In this document: positions 24,883-37,459 of the stretch, in pieces
Numbering within the stretch: the first letter of the stretch is position 1
Layout of the letters: each line of letters starts with the position of its first letter
Assembly (NCBI GenBank): GCA_030324005.1
Contig: JARDVH010000110.1
Location: 19,064,603-19,128,602 of the forward strand
Source: Negaprion brevirostris
Taxonomy: Eukaryota
Direction of reading: 5' to 3'
DNA: 64,000 nt
Made by a program: the position numbers and the translations under genes
Notes under the pieces: model-generated
Told to the model about the DNA's origin: nothing
Seen by the model: only the letters and a program-made list of their open reading frames with translations
The model's database searches: none

Positions 24883-26223
24883 CTGTGCAGGAGAACAAAG
24901 TTACATACTTAACAGTCACAAAATAGGTTCTTTGCTTGTTTACAGGTAGTTAAATGCTAAATTTTCAAAAAACAGTAATTTTGGGTTTTCTGTCCTGCCA
25001 ATGAAAGTGCAGTTGAACAGAATGAGTGACAGCCAAGTCATAATGTTAGAATTTGTCCAAAACTGTGGGAAAGATCATCTGCATGTCTGGGCAATATATC
25101 ACTGCCTACAAGTGTGATTCAGTGACACTCACTCTGATGACAGAAGGCTGTTTCAGTGACTGGAAGCCACTGGTGTACCACAGGGACCTGTGTTGGATTC
25201 CCTCTTATTCGTCATTCATACAAAGAATGTAGATGACTATGTCGGGGTAGGATTAGTAAGTTTGTAGATAACACAAGGATTAGATGGGTGGTTAACAGTG
25301 AGGCTGACTATCTTGGGCTGCATGAAGATAAAAACAGAATGGTCAAATGGGCAGGTAAGTGGTACATGGAATTTAACCCTGAAACATATGAGCTGATACA
25401 TTTTGGAACATAGAACATAGAACATTACAGTGCAGAACAGGCCCTTCGGCCCACGATGTTGCGCCGACCAACTAAAAAGCAATGACCCTCTAACCTAAAC
25501 CAATCCCTTTCCATCCATAAACCTATCCACGGATCTCTTAAACGCCCCCAAGCTAGGCGCATTTACAACTGCATGGATAAGCACTGTCATAAGACAATTC
25601 ATGCCACATAGATGGGGAACCAGTGATATCACATGAACATTTAGGATGAGAGTTTTAGTCAGCATTCTCACGTGGCTTCAACTCTGATGGTACATATGCT
25701 AATATGCATCTTACACCAACCCACGTTCCACACAGTGTCTTAGAGGAAGGTTATGGACCTCAATATGAGATTTTGACATTAGAAACAGAATTTTCTGTTG
25801 ACAGGAGATTCAGTAATTAGGACCATTGAAAAAAGAACTATAGGGCAGATGATAAGACATTTGCTTTTAGGCAGCCAGTTTTGATATTTGGAGTGTGTGG
25901 AACCACACTAAGTGGAACTACTTAAAGGAAACTGAATATAGCTTCAAAGGAAAAAAACAAAAATAAAGCTATTGAACAAGACATGGGAATGTGACTAATT
26001 TAACAGCCCTTTCAAAGAGCTAGCACAACTACAAATTGCCTCTATCGGTGCGGCACAATACGCGACTGCTTTTGTAAAGGAGACCCATCAGAGTCATTAG
26101 TATTTATTCTATATTACAAAGTAGCTATATGAAACAGATAAGATGGCCTTTGGAACAGTTATGTCAGCTTCTTAATGAAGAAAGTCATAAAAATGCTTAA
26201 TATGCAAGTAAGACATTACTTAC

Positions 26224-26355
26224 CTTTAATACGAGTGTCTTATATTTCTGAGACGCATCCACGGTTACTTTACGACCACGGAATATTAAAGGCGTTTTCT
26301 TGTAGTGTTTAACCATGTCTACCATACATTTCTTTGACTCCATTTCCAGAAATGC
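26224..26355 (-). CDS. MATR3: Matrin-3 exon 10 (RRM2 C-half)
   Basis: AFLEMESKKCMVDMVKHYKKTPLIFRGRKVTVDASQKYKTLVLK; 132 nt; donor AAG|GTAAGT. Confidence 0.95.
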
Positions 26356-26969
26356 CTGATGATTACAATATTGTTACATCAGGAAAAAAATCCATGCAAA
26401 GTTAGCCATAACCATTCACGTTATTAATAGATGTATGCAAATGGTGTATGAAAAGTCTCTCACACCCACCATGTTTCTCCTTCGAGATGAAGAATTACCT
26501 TCTTCACAATATTATTCCTGCCCCCAATGCATGACTAACAACACTGTGGAACTCCAGAGGAGTAGTGATTACAAAATTAGCCATTACTGAGACACTCATC
26601 TCAGATAATAAGCTAAATATTCCTTAGTAATGCTATGCAAATTTGTAGTAATGCTTTTATGGTACGAGGGGCAAAAAGAGTCAAAATGAAATCCCCAATT
26701 TGTACCTACACCTGCCCAGATGTACATAAGCAGAAAACTGAATGATAAAAGAATTTCCGAAGAGGAGATGGGCAAGAGGAAGTTCATGATATATTAATTA
26801 TACTTAATCAAATAGAATGGACTTAATGGGCCCATGAGCCCATTTTAAAAAAGTACTTCTTTTTCATTGCCGTATAAGTTACAAGTGGTAAAGTAAATTT
26901 TCAAACCAGGAATTCCCAGCATACAATTGCGCCCTTATCTCCCTTAAACAAAAATATTTATGATAGAAC

Positions 26970-27113
26970 CTGGTTCCTGAGTCTCATCACAATGTAATTA
27001 AGTACTTTCCCAAAGCTAGTACCAATTTTCACAATATCGGCATCTGAGTAACCAGAAGGAGGGAGATTCTGGAGGAGTGCCACCCTTCCGCCACTCCGTT
27101 CTTGCTTTTGCTT
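26970..27113 (-). CDS. MATR3: Matrin-3 exon 9 (RRM2 N-half)
   Basis: KQKQERSGGRVALLQNLPPSGYSDADIVKIGTSFGKVLNYIVMRLRNQ (cf. human NLPHSGYSD); 144 nt; weak donor CAG|gttcta; not in the ORF track. Confidence 0.92.
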
Positions 27114-27289
27114 CTGAAGAGATAAAAAGACATTACAGACAAAGATTACAATTTAACTGAACTTCTTGTAAAGTACTCTCAAATATATTCCTCACAGAAT
27201 TATTTTTTATAAAAGCTCTTATTCATTCAAAGATATTACAAAGACCAAATACTTGGACTCAGTTACAATTGACATATGCACTCAGTTGA

Positions 27290-30200
27290 TCATAAAATCT
27301 AAGAAAGAAGAGCAGGCCATTTGATCCACTGAATTTGTTCCAGCATTCAATAAAATCAGGACTGATCAGATTGTGGCTTTAACTCTGCTTATCTGCCTGT
27401 CTTCTATAACTCTCTCCCCTTATCAATCAAAATGACTTAGCTAGCTTCCACTCCTCTTTGGGGAAGTGTGTTCCAAGCACTAACCACTCAAAATAAATTC
27501 TTCCTCATCTCAGTTTTGAATGGGAGACTTCTTTTCCTGGAAGTATCTCCTAGTTCTAGATTTCCCCACGAGGAAATATCCTTCTTGTCAAGACCCCTGA
27601 GAACCTTATATGGTCCATTAAGATCACCTCATTCTTCTAGACTCCAGTGAGCATAAACCCAACCTGTTCATCCTTTCTACATAAACCAAACCTGTCATCC
27701 AAGGAATCAGCCTAGTGAACGTTTTCTGAACTGTCCCTAATGCAAAGAAGGAGGCAAAAAACTGCAAAGTACTCCAGGTGCAGTCTTCCCAATACTCTTG
27801 CCAGTTGTAGCAAGACTTCTCCACTTTCATACCCTATCCCCAGGACACAGACCAATATTTCACTTGTCTTCATACATACTTAGTGTATATACTTTCTAAC
27901 TATTCATGATTCATGTATAAGGAAACCCAGATCCATCTGAACCGCAGCATCATTCTATTTAAATTATATTCCATTTTCCTACTTTTCCTATCAAAATGGA
28001 CAAGCTCATTTCCCCATATAGTACTTCACTTGACAATTTTTGTCCACTCATGTAAACTATCTATTTCTTTGCAAATTCTTCATATCTCTTCAAAGTTTGC
28101 TCTCCTTCTGCTCAAAAGTTGGCTAGAATGCAGTCAGGTCCCTTCAGTCATGTCGTAAACACATTGCTTAAGCCTCTAACACTGAACCCTGCATCGCTCA
28201 ACTGGCTATTTTGTCAATTTGAAAATAACTGCTTTCTGAACCCTGTTTCAATGTTTGCCAATCTTCTATCCATGCTAATGCATTAACTCTTAACACCTTG
28301 AGCCTTTTGGAAATCCAAATGCATCACATCTACTGGCTCATTATGCACCATGTTTGTTACATCCTCAAAAATAATAAATTTGTCAGACACAATTTCCTGG
28401 TCACAAAATCATGTTGAATCTGCCTGACTGTATCATGATTTTCTAAATATCACACTGCCACCTCTAACATGGATTGCAGCATTTTAACTAGTGACAGATG
28501 TTGAGATTAAGTGGCCTATAGCTTGCTGTCTCCTATCTTTTTTTGACTAGTGGCATGACATTTATGATTTTCCAATCCTCTGGAACAGCTCCAGAATGTA
28601 GGGAATTTTGGAAGGTTATGGCCAATATAGCCACGTTTTCTGGAGCCACTTTTAAGACCCATGGTTGCAGGCGATCAATCCAGGAGAGTTACCAACCTTT
28701 AATCCCATTAGGTTTTCTAACACTATTTTTCTAGTGATTATGATTGTCTCAAACTCCTCCCCCCTTGCATTCTTTTTGTCATCTACTGTGAAGAGAATCT
28801 CTGCTATTTCCTTGTTTCCCATTAACTCACATTCTAAGGTCTTTAGCTACTCTTTTTAAATCCATTTGCCAAAGCCTTTAGTCTGCTTTTACGTTTCTTG
28901 CTAGTTTCTCTAACTCCAACTTCTCCCATTCTCAGTCATCCTTTGCTTGTTTCTAAAATGTTCACAATCCTTTGGGCTATCACTATATTTGCAACACTGA
29001 ATATTCATCAATTCGACACCATTCTTCACTTTTTTAGTTAGTCCATGGTGATATATCCTTCAGAGTATTTTTCTTTATTTTTTTGCTGGAACGTAGATGC
29101 CATAAGGTTGGCATTTATTCCCCATCCAAATGTCCTTGAGATGATGCTATCATGGCTCATACCCTTTGCAGCATCCAGTTGCACCTGGACTCTAATTGGC
29201 TAAAGATTGGCATCTGAGATCCTGTTTTTCAATGCAATGCATATTTGTTGACATATCTCTTCAAATGTCTGCCACTGCTCCTTTACCATCCCAACTTTCA
29301 ACCTATTTTCCCACTGCACTTTAACCAATGGCTTTTAATTGTAAGGCATTAGTTTCAAAACTAAATTTCTCATCCTCAATCTGAATGTGTTATGATCATT
29401 CTTACTTTGATGAACTCTTATTGCAGTCATTAATCAATTGTGTCTCAATACACATCAGGTTTAAGATAGTCTGCTCCCTGATCGGCTCTTGACATATTGT
29501 TCTGGGAAATTGTCCCGAACAAACCCTACTTTTGCCAATTTGATTCATCCAATTTATAAGTTTAAAAATTCTTACAAGCTAGCATTATTTCTTGATTATA
29601 CTCTGTCCTGTAGTGTAGTTAATATTAGGTGCCCTATAAATTACTCCCACCGTTGACTTCATGCCTTTGCTGTTTTATATGCCCATCCAAACTGACTCTA
29701 TACCTTGAACCAAGATAATTTCTTATTACTGTACTGATGTTATCCTTCTCGAACAGATATATCCCATGTCTTTTTCCCTTTTTATATTTCTAAAATGTCA
29801 AATACACTCAAACATTCAGATATCAGCAATCTTTAATTCTGTCCTTTTACTATTCGCCCCATTCTCTGATATTATTTGCTGGTGCACTTTTTTGTATGTT
29901 CTTCCTGTCACACTCTCATTATCATTACCCAAATCACTATCCTGCTCTACAGCTTTGTCTTTACTCTAACTTTCCAGTCTTCCGTCACATGAACTCTCCC
30001 TCGCAATCCCATCATTGTTTAAAGTCTGTTCTATAATCCTAATCATAGAATTTGCGAGTCAGGTGAAATCCATCCCCAAAATAGTGTTCCCTCTTTCCCC
30101 AGTACTGGTGATAGTTTTAATTTTTGATTAATCGAAACCCATTTTTTTCCATACCAAGCTTTAAGCCGAGCATTCAATTCTCTGATCTTGTTTACCCAAT

Positions 30201-30760
30201 ACCAATTTGTCCCTGGTTCAGATAATAATCTGGAGATGACCTCTGTGGTAAAGAACCTCCTTCATGATCCTACCTATGCTACTGGCACTCAGATGGATCA
30301 CAACCAGATCCTATCCCTACCACTACAAGTCCTTCTCCAAGCCCAAGATGTCATTAACTCTGGCACTGGACAGTAACACAAATCAGGATCTATTCCCCTA
30401 ACTATACTATCAAATACAACTACATTCCTTTTCATTTTGCTCATTTGAATGATCATGATCCATTTGCTCACCCTCTCTATGGCCCCTGCTCTCATCTACA
30501 CATACTGCAAGGGCTGACGATCCTTCATTACTGCCTTTTAGATCCTCTGACCTGTTTCACTTACAGTCACACCTTTCTGTCCTTGACCAAGGGCCCAATC
30601 TGATGCAGCTAGTCTTGGAATATGTCTGCCTCCTGGAACAAAGTATTCAACTGGGCACTAAATGGGCGTTGATAGGCCTTTGTGGTGTACAGCTGAGAAA
30701 AGTATCAATTTTTCTAGGCAAGCCCAGAAAAGTTCACAATAATGCAACAAAGTGGTTGGG
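27290..30760 (-). mobile_element. Long, heavily decayed CR1 LINE (ORF1 esterase remnant to 3' end)
   Basis: DSIVRGID at ~30400, endonuclease/RT-like fragments, VQKTFTRLIP at ~27720, CR1 3'UTR at ~27300. Confidence 0.7.
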
Positions 30761-31025
30761 AGGTCTCCAACCTGAAATCCAAATAATACAATTGCAAGAA
30801 TTAATGAAAGCATCAATGTCATGCTGAAATTTCTGTTTTCAATATTTAGCTTTCAATCACTGTCAGCCAGAGGGAGGAAGGGGAGGAGGGGCAGGGGAAA
30901 ATCAGCATCAATTCACAGAAGGCATTAAGGGTAGAATTTACACCTTTTTTATGCTTTAATGATAGTAAACACTGGGGGAAAAACATATATGAAATACTTA
31001 CTAACAGATTTTCAAGTTTAATTAC

Positions 31026-31157
31026 CTTCAAATCTATCTCCTTGTATTTGTGAGACATATCCACTCGAACCCTCTTGCCATAAAGAGTTGCTGGTTTCAT
31101 ACTGTAAAAGGCGACTGCTGTTTGTGCTTGTGCATTTGTAGCCATTTCCACAAATCC
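31026..31157 (-). CDS. MATR3: Matrin-3 exon 8 (RRM1 C-half)
   Basis: GFVEMATNAQAQTAVAFYSMKPATLYGKRVRVDMSHKYKEIDLK; 132 nt; tttag| ... |gtaatt. Confidence 0.95.
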
Positions 31158-31448
31158 CTAAATTGATTTTTAAAGACAAAGTATATATTTATGACTAACT
31201 ATGCTATCAAAAGTTTATGCTAGAAGTACAACAACAAAAAAAATGCAAACCAAAAGACAGAACAGTGAAATTCTCAAATTAACAGTGAGCAATTCAAAAT
31301 TGTATGCATCTTTAAAAACTAAGCTTTAATACACCTGTGACACAAAATAACCAAGGGTCAGGTTACCATCATCCCTCAGTTACAGCATAATTGGGCTGAA
31401 TTTGGTTTGCTAATTTCTCTTTATAGAAAAGGCATTTATTTTACTCAC

Positions 31449-31583
31449 CTCACTCTTGGTATTTAAAAGTAAATACTTTGTAATGATTCCAAAAGGTTGT
31501 GCAAGTTTGAGGATATCTTTCACTTTGCATTTTCCTTTCGGTAATTCTGTCATATGTAGCACTCGGCCAGGTTCATCCAATGG
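31449..31583 (-). CDS. MATR3: Matrin-3 exon 7 (RRM1 N-half)
   Basis: PLDEPGRVLHMTELPKG...LAQPFGIITKYLLLNTKSE; 135 nt; donor GAG|GTGAGT. Confidence 0.94.
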
Positions 31584-32775
31584 CTTTTCAAAGAAAAACA
31601 ATATAATCGCTTATTTCGTTGGGAAGTAAACTTCATAAATGCATTTTCCCTCAATTCTTAACCTCACTCGGCATGAGAAATGAGAAATAATGCTGTTTTA
31701 ACATAATTTGGCAGCAATAGCTTTTCATTTGAAGATTATTACAAGTATAGAAGAATTTTAAAAGCTTTTTTCATACTTTCCTCTTAAATATTGACATTTG
31801 GCAATGTTAATAGGTTAAAATGGGTGAAATGAAATATATTTGACACCAGGGCACATTCGATTTGTGAGCTCTACAATTCTCAAAACAACTGTCTCATGCT
31901 AATAATGCCAAACCAATTTGCTCAATGTAGCCATTATTAATCTCCTCATGCAGCCTGGTGACTTTCAAGAGAGTTTTAGGACAATACATGAGAACATGAA
32001 CTGTCAAGTGGGTACTATGCCAATAAACTGTTGAGTTTTGACTTTTCCAATGGACCATGGACAAAATACGAAACATTGAACTGCTTAGGGATGAACTTAT
32101 CTAAAATGTCAACAATGCCAGTTTGGGTACTTTGATTACACCTACCTGATAGGGTAGACAAAGAAGTGTTTCCAATTACAGGGAAATCAGAATTAATGCA
32201 AGAAAACTTACTAATCCTTTTAATCCAGAGAATGAAACCCAATTCCAGAATGAGTAGCTGAGGTGAGTGAATAGTACAGATGCATTTAAAGGGAAATGTG
32301 ATAAATTACACAAGGCAGAAAGGAAAGGTAATGTTAGTAGAGGTAAATGAAGGGTGGGTGGAGGTTTGGTGGAACATATACATTGGCATGGACCTGTTAA
32401 GTAAATATTATGGAACAGTAAGATGTGCAAATGTTTGCTTGGATTCTGGGTAATACACAGCAGAAAATAGCATGAAGACATAAATGAACCCACTAACCCA
32501 GAAAAATTCCTGTTTCTCTACCAAAAATGACAAAATTGTTTGTATTTTTAGTCTAAGATTAATATACGCCAAATATATTTAAGCCATGATCTTTGTTTCA
32601 CTGGATGTTCTCACCATCTATGTCTTATTTTAATCTTTTTCATTTTTAAAAACATATCCATAATTTAGTCTCTTGAACTAGAGAAAGTTTCCCCCAACCC
32701 CGCTAATATTGCCTAGAAGACCTGGTAGATATTTTGGCCTGACATTATTCATACTGTAATAAAGCAAAAACTAAC

Positions 32776-32813
32776 CATATTTCGTTTGTTTTGCATTTGA
32801 CCTTTTCTGTTGC
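32776..32813 (-). CDS. MATR3: Matrin-3 exon 6 (GNRKGQMQNKRNM)
   Basis: 38 nt, phase 1-0, tttttcag| ... |gttagt. Confidence 0.82.
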
Positions 32814-33896
32814 CTGAAAAACACAAAACATATCATAAGCTCTGATAAAATACAATTACTTCCATAAAGCAAGGCATTCAATCTTTTATTTTTCAACAGG
32901 AAATTAATTTGAATATAATCTAACACGTAACAGCTAGCACCTCCCATTTTCAAACAATTAATACAGCTCAAGAGTCAGATATCAAAACCAAGGATTCTAG
33001 TCTCAACAAGTGAAGAGGGCACTGAGTAGAGTGCTTACCTCCACCACATTTTGTTAACTCAACATTTACGACAATTACGCAGCTCTTACTCGAGACTTTT
33101 CTCTATCAGACTAAAAATCTGTAACTATGAAGATGAAAAAGGAAATCTTTTTATTTAAAGCTCCATCACACTTTCAGGTAAATCTATATCCAACAACCTT
33201 TTAGTGGTGAAGGTAATAATTCAGCAACATACCAGTATAAAAATAAGGCTGCATTTATACTTTACAATGATATAATATGGTGGAAATAACCGCCTCAAGT
33301 AGCTGCCTTGTCAATAACTTATTAACTCATCCTCAAGAAACCAGCATCGTATTCCTATACGTTTGCACGGAATGCATTAGATATGCAGGGAAATGCCATA
33401 AATTGATCAAATTTTGACAAGGCTCAAATTTGTATAATGAATTTAGGGGGTGAAACTAGAGAGAAAATCATGTTACAGAGTAAACCTGGCAAATTCACCC
33501 GAATTAAAGAGCATACTTTTCAAACATGCCAAGCTCACCAAGCCACATTGGCAACCAAGTCTTTGTTCCAAAGGAAAAACTTGCCTATAACAAACTAAAC
33601 ACTATGGGTTATAAGGAATGGAATGCGCTTTCCATTGGTGGCATTTGGATTGTTTTTTCTTAAAAAAGAGAAAATTATCAGGTACAGTGAGGAAAGCTAT
33701 ATGTGGCAGAGAGTTAATGCTGGGTCAATTCTTCGGCATCTTGACAGCTGCCAGTTTAATATTACTGGTAGATGCTTGGAAGGTTGTTTTAATGTGCAAT
33801 GCAGTGAAACAACTGTGAACAATAAGACAAGCACACACAAGAAATAACAGTTTAATCTGTCATTATAATTAGCAGTCAAAATCATTTTATCCCAAC

Positions 33897-33994
33897 CTCC
33901 ATGAGGATCCAGTGCATCCAACTGTCTGATGGCTGCAAGGAGTGCTGATGCAGCATCTGGAGCAATGTTGGTCTGTCGTGCAGATGGATTGGAC
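33897..33994 (-). CDS. MATR3: Matrin-3 exon 5 (SNPSARQTNIAPDAASALLAAIRQLDALDPHG)
   Basis: 98 nt, phase 2-1, which bridges exons 4 and 6 exactly; acceptor ccgtgtag, donor GAG|gttggg (weak); sequence divergent from the human exon. Confidence 0.75.
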
Positions 33995-34809
33995 CTACAC
34001 GGAGCCCAAAAGAAAAGCAAATTTAATATGCGAGTAGATTCAATTTACCAATTATTACTTGCAACATATCCTTCTCAAAACCATGTATTAGCAATGCAAA
34101 TCAAATTAAGGGTATTTATAGCCATTCAGCAGAACGAGTACATCATCATCTCCAAAGTTGGACAGTCAGAGACTAAGCTGCATGGCAGAAGCAGAGTCTA
34201 CAGCAGGCACCCAGGCCATTTCTCAAGTTATTTTTAAGCTTGGTTTATACATGGTTTTAAATTATCATTTAAGTTCCATGCAAATGGGTAATCTAACAAT
34301 AGAGATCTTTAAAATTATGAGTGTTTTGTTGGAAGGGACACAGAATGCTTACATCAGCATGAAAAAGCATAAAGGTGTTTAATATGATAGACAAAAAAAT
34401 CTAATTGGAAATTCAGAAGTCGAACTTGCTACAACATGGAATGATCAGGATAAATATAGATGCAGTTAAGAGGAGGCTAGATGAGAGAGATAATAATGGA
34501 GTTACAATGATAGATTTAGAGGAGAAGGAGCAGAAATGCTGGCACATGCTGGTTAGGCTAAATGGCCTGCTTCTATGCTACCAATTGGTGCAGATAGTTG
34601 GTGTACAAAAGCTTTTCAATAACAGCAAGCAAGGCAGTGAGTGATCGGCAGGCATCCAAGCATTTTTTTATTCAAAACAATGGCTGAGCTGTGATTGCAT
34701 GTGTACTGAGCATGCCATTTGTAGTTGCAGTAGCAGCAAACAACCTTTTATTACTACGGTGCCCTTGGAAGAAAACATACTTTTGTGGTAAGAGGAAAGA
34801 AAACTGCAG

Positions 34810-35570
34810 CCACTTCAATATTTTAATAACACATGGAATGACCTCTTCAATGACCTCCTGATGTAATGACAACATTTCTTCAATGTCAACAAAACAAAGG
34901 AGATATTCATCGATTGCAGGAAGCGTAATGGAGGACATGCCCCTGTCTACATCAATGGCGACGAAGTGGAAATGGTTGAGAGCTTCAAGTATTTCAGTGT
35001 CCAGATCACCAACCTATCCTGGCCCATTCATGCCGATGCTATTGTTAAGGAAGCTCACCAATGCCTCTACTTTCTCAGAAGACTCTGGAAATTTGGCATG
35101 TCGACTACAACTCTTACCAACCCTCACAGCTTGGTATGGCTTCTGCTCTGTCCAAGAACACAAGAAACTACAAAGGGTCGTGAATGAAGCCCAGTCCATC
35201 ACTCAAGCCAACCTTCCACCCACTGACACTGTCTACACTTCCTCCTGTCTCAGAAAAGCAGCCAGCATAATTAAGGAACCCATGCACCCAGAACACACAC
35301 TCTTCCACCTTCTTCCATCAGGAAACAGATACAAAAGTCTGGGGACACGTACCAATCGACTCAAGAACAGCTTCTTCCCTCCTACCAGACTTTTGAATGG
35401 ACCTACCTTGCATTAAATTGATCTTTCTCTACACCCTACCTATGGCCATACAAATATATTCTGCACTCTCTTCTTTCCTTCTCTATGTATGGTATGCTTT
35501 GTCTACAGAGCGCAAGAAACAATATTTTTCAATGTATACTAATGCATGTGACAATAAGCCAAATCAAAGA
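34810..35570 (+). mobile_element. Rex-Babar-type LINE 3' fragment
   Basis: VESFKY...KEAHQCLYFLRRL; TAWYG..S...KKLQRVV..A..I...HP.H.LF.LLPSG.RY....RT.RLKNSFFP. Confidence 0.8.
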
Positions 35571-35614
35571 CTTAGCCTAATTACCAACTATTACTAGAAG
35601 TAGCTTGATTTTAC

Positions 35615-35653
35615 CTTGTGGATGGTACATCCTCTGGAACCCATTGTGGGTAA
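35615..35653 (-). CDS. MATR3: Matrin-3 exon 4 (YPQWVPEDVPST)
   Basis: 39 nt, phase 2-2, tttctag| ... |gtaaaa; YPxW motif as in human YPEWNP. Confidence 0.9.
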
Positions 35654-35789
35654 CTAGAAATAAAAATAAGAACTTGTTACACACACAATACCAATATCCA
35701 CCATTCCATTTACAATGATCAATAATGAAAATACACACAAGTCCAAAGAACTGTATCCATTTCTTGGGATTTCAGGTTGAATATTATTT

Positions 35790-36089
35790 CATAGAATCCC
35801 TTCAGTGCATGGGGAGGCTATTTGGCCCATCAAATCTGCACTGACCTCAACCCCACCCAGCCCCTATCCCTGTCACCCCACATATTCCTCCTGACATTAA
35901 GGGGCAATTTACCATGGCCAATCAGCCAAACTCGCACATCTTTGGATTGTGGGAGGAAACCAGAGCACCCAAAGGAAACCTATGCAGACACAAGCAGGAT
36001 GGACAAACTCCACACAGACAGTGATCCAAGCCGGGAATCAAACCAAGGTCCCTGGCGCTGTGAGACAGCAGTGCTAATCACTGTGCCAT
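35790..36089 (-). mobile_element. V-SINE (HE1-like)
   Basis: Head, B box and V core on the minus strand. Confidence 0.8.
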
Positions 36090-37397
36090 CCCTATATACA
36101 AAACTGACTTGCCATCCCGATATACAAAACTGACTATAATGATTATAAAAATCTTGTGTTGTTGTATTTGGAGCAAATTCTTGTAAATCCCAAAACATCC
36201 TGGAGGTTGACCAAAAATTTAACTGGACTAGCCATATAAATATTGTGGTTAGGTGAGCAGGTCCGAGGCTGGGTATTTTGTGGTGACCAATTCACTTCCT
36301 GACTTCCCAACTTCCCAAAGCCTGTCTAACACCTATAAGAACAAGTCAAGTGCATAATGGAATACTTGCCTCATTTATCTGGGTAGCTGCGGCTCCAACA
36401 ATACTCAAAAAGCTTGCCACCATACAGGACAAAGTAGCTTGTTTGATTAGCACCTGACCACCCCCGTAAACAGTCCCTCCCTCCACCATCAGTTACCATG
36501 GTTGCAAAGCATACTGTCCCCTCCAGCAACATGCAAAGACTTCTTCAAAGCCTCTTCAATTTAAAAGGAAAAGGACCAGGAATGCACGGAAACATCACCT
36601 CCAATTTCCCCACCATCCTGGTTCAGAAATTTTATGCTACTGCATTGTTCTTGCTGGGTCAAAACTTGAGGACTCTTCAACGAATAGCATTGTCAGGAAT
36701 ATCAACTGCAATGGTTCAAAAATGCAGTTCATCACCTTCTCAAGGGCAATAAATACTGGCCTTGTCTAACAAAGTTCACATCTTGTGAATTAAAGAAAAT
36801 AGAAAAGTGCTATTTTTAAGCATCACATATAAAGGAGTTATAATAGCTCAGAATCATTCATACTTGAAACATTAGCTCTGTTCTCTCTCTATAGATGTTG
36901 TTGGACCCGCTGAAATTTTCCAGTATTTTCTGTTTTTAAGTATAATAGCCATTGGAATGAAACTGATAATGGCTCTGATTTGCAATTCTCTTTCTTGAGC
37001 TGCTAGATAAAGCTAAGAAAGGCACAGCTGGAGACCAGGAACTGGCTCTCATCCTTTCAAAAAAGGGGACATTATTCTTTCATCACTTGACATCTGGGCA
37101 ACTAGTTGAAAATTATGACAAACATATTCCCCTCCAGTTCCATTTCCCATTACCAACAAAAAGTTCTTTCTCAATTTATTCAATGTATCTAACAGTAACA
37201 TTTCCAATATGCTCATGTAATTAAAGCTATTAAAATGAAATTAGACTTTCCAAAGGAAATCAAAATGAAAATTGTCAAATATTCTTACATTCAATATTGC
37301 ATGTACTACTACTCACATATCCTACATAAACTTGGGATCCAATTTAAAAACAATTTTAAGCTAATCTTTTCATAGCAAATTGAGAAGAACTGCATAC

Positions 37398-37459
37398 ATT
37401 TCCAAAAGCAGCAAGCAACGCCGTTTATGTGCTGGTTCGTTTTTATGCTGGTTCCAATC
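37398..37459 (-). CDS. MATR3: Matrin-3 exon 3 (DWNQHKNEPAHKRRCLLLLEI; completes C2H2 ZnF1)
   Basis: 62 nt, ttattcag| ... |gtatgc; completes C-x2-C-x12-H-x5-H. Confidence 0.95.
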
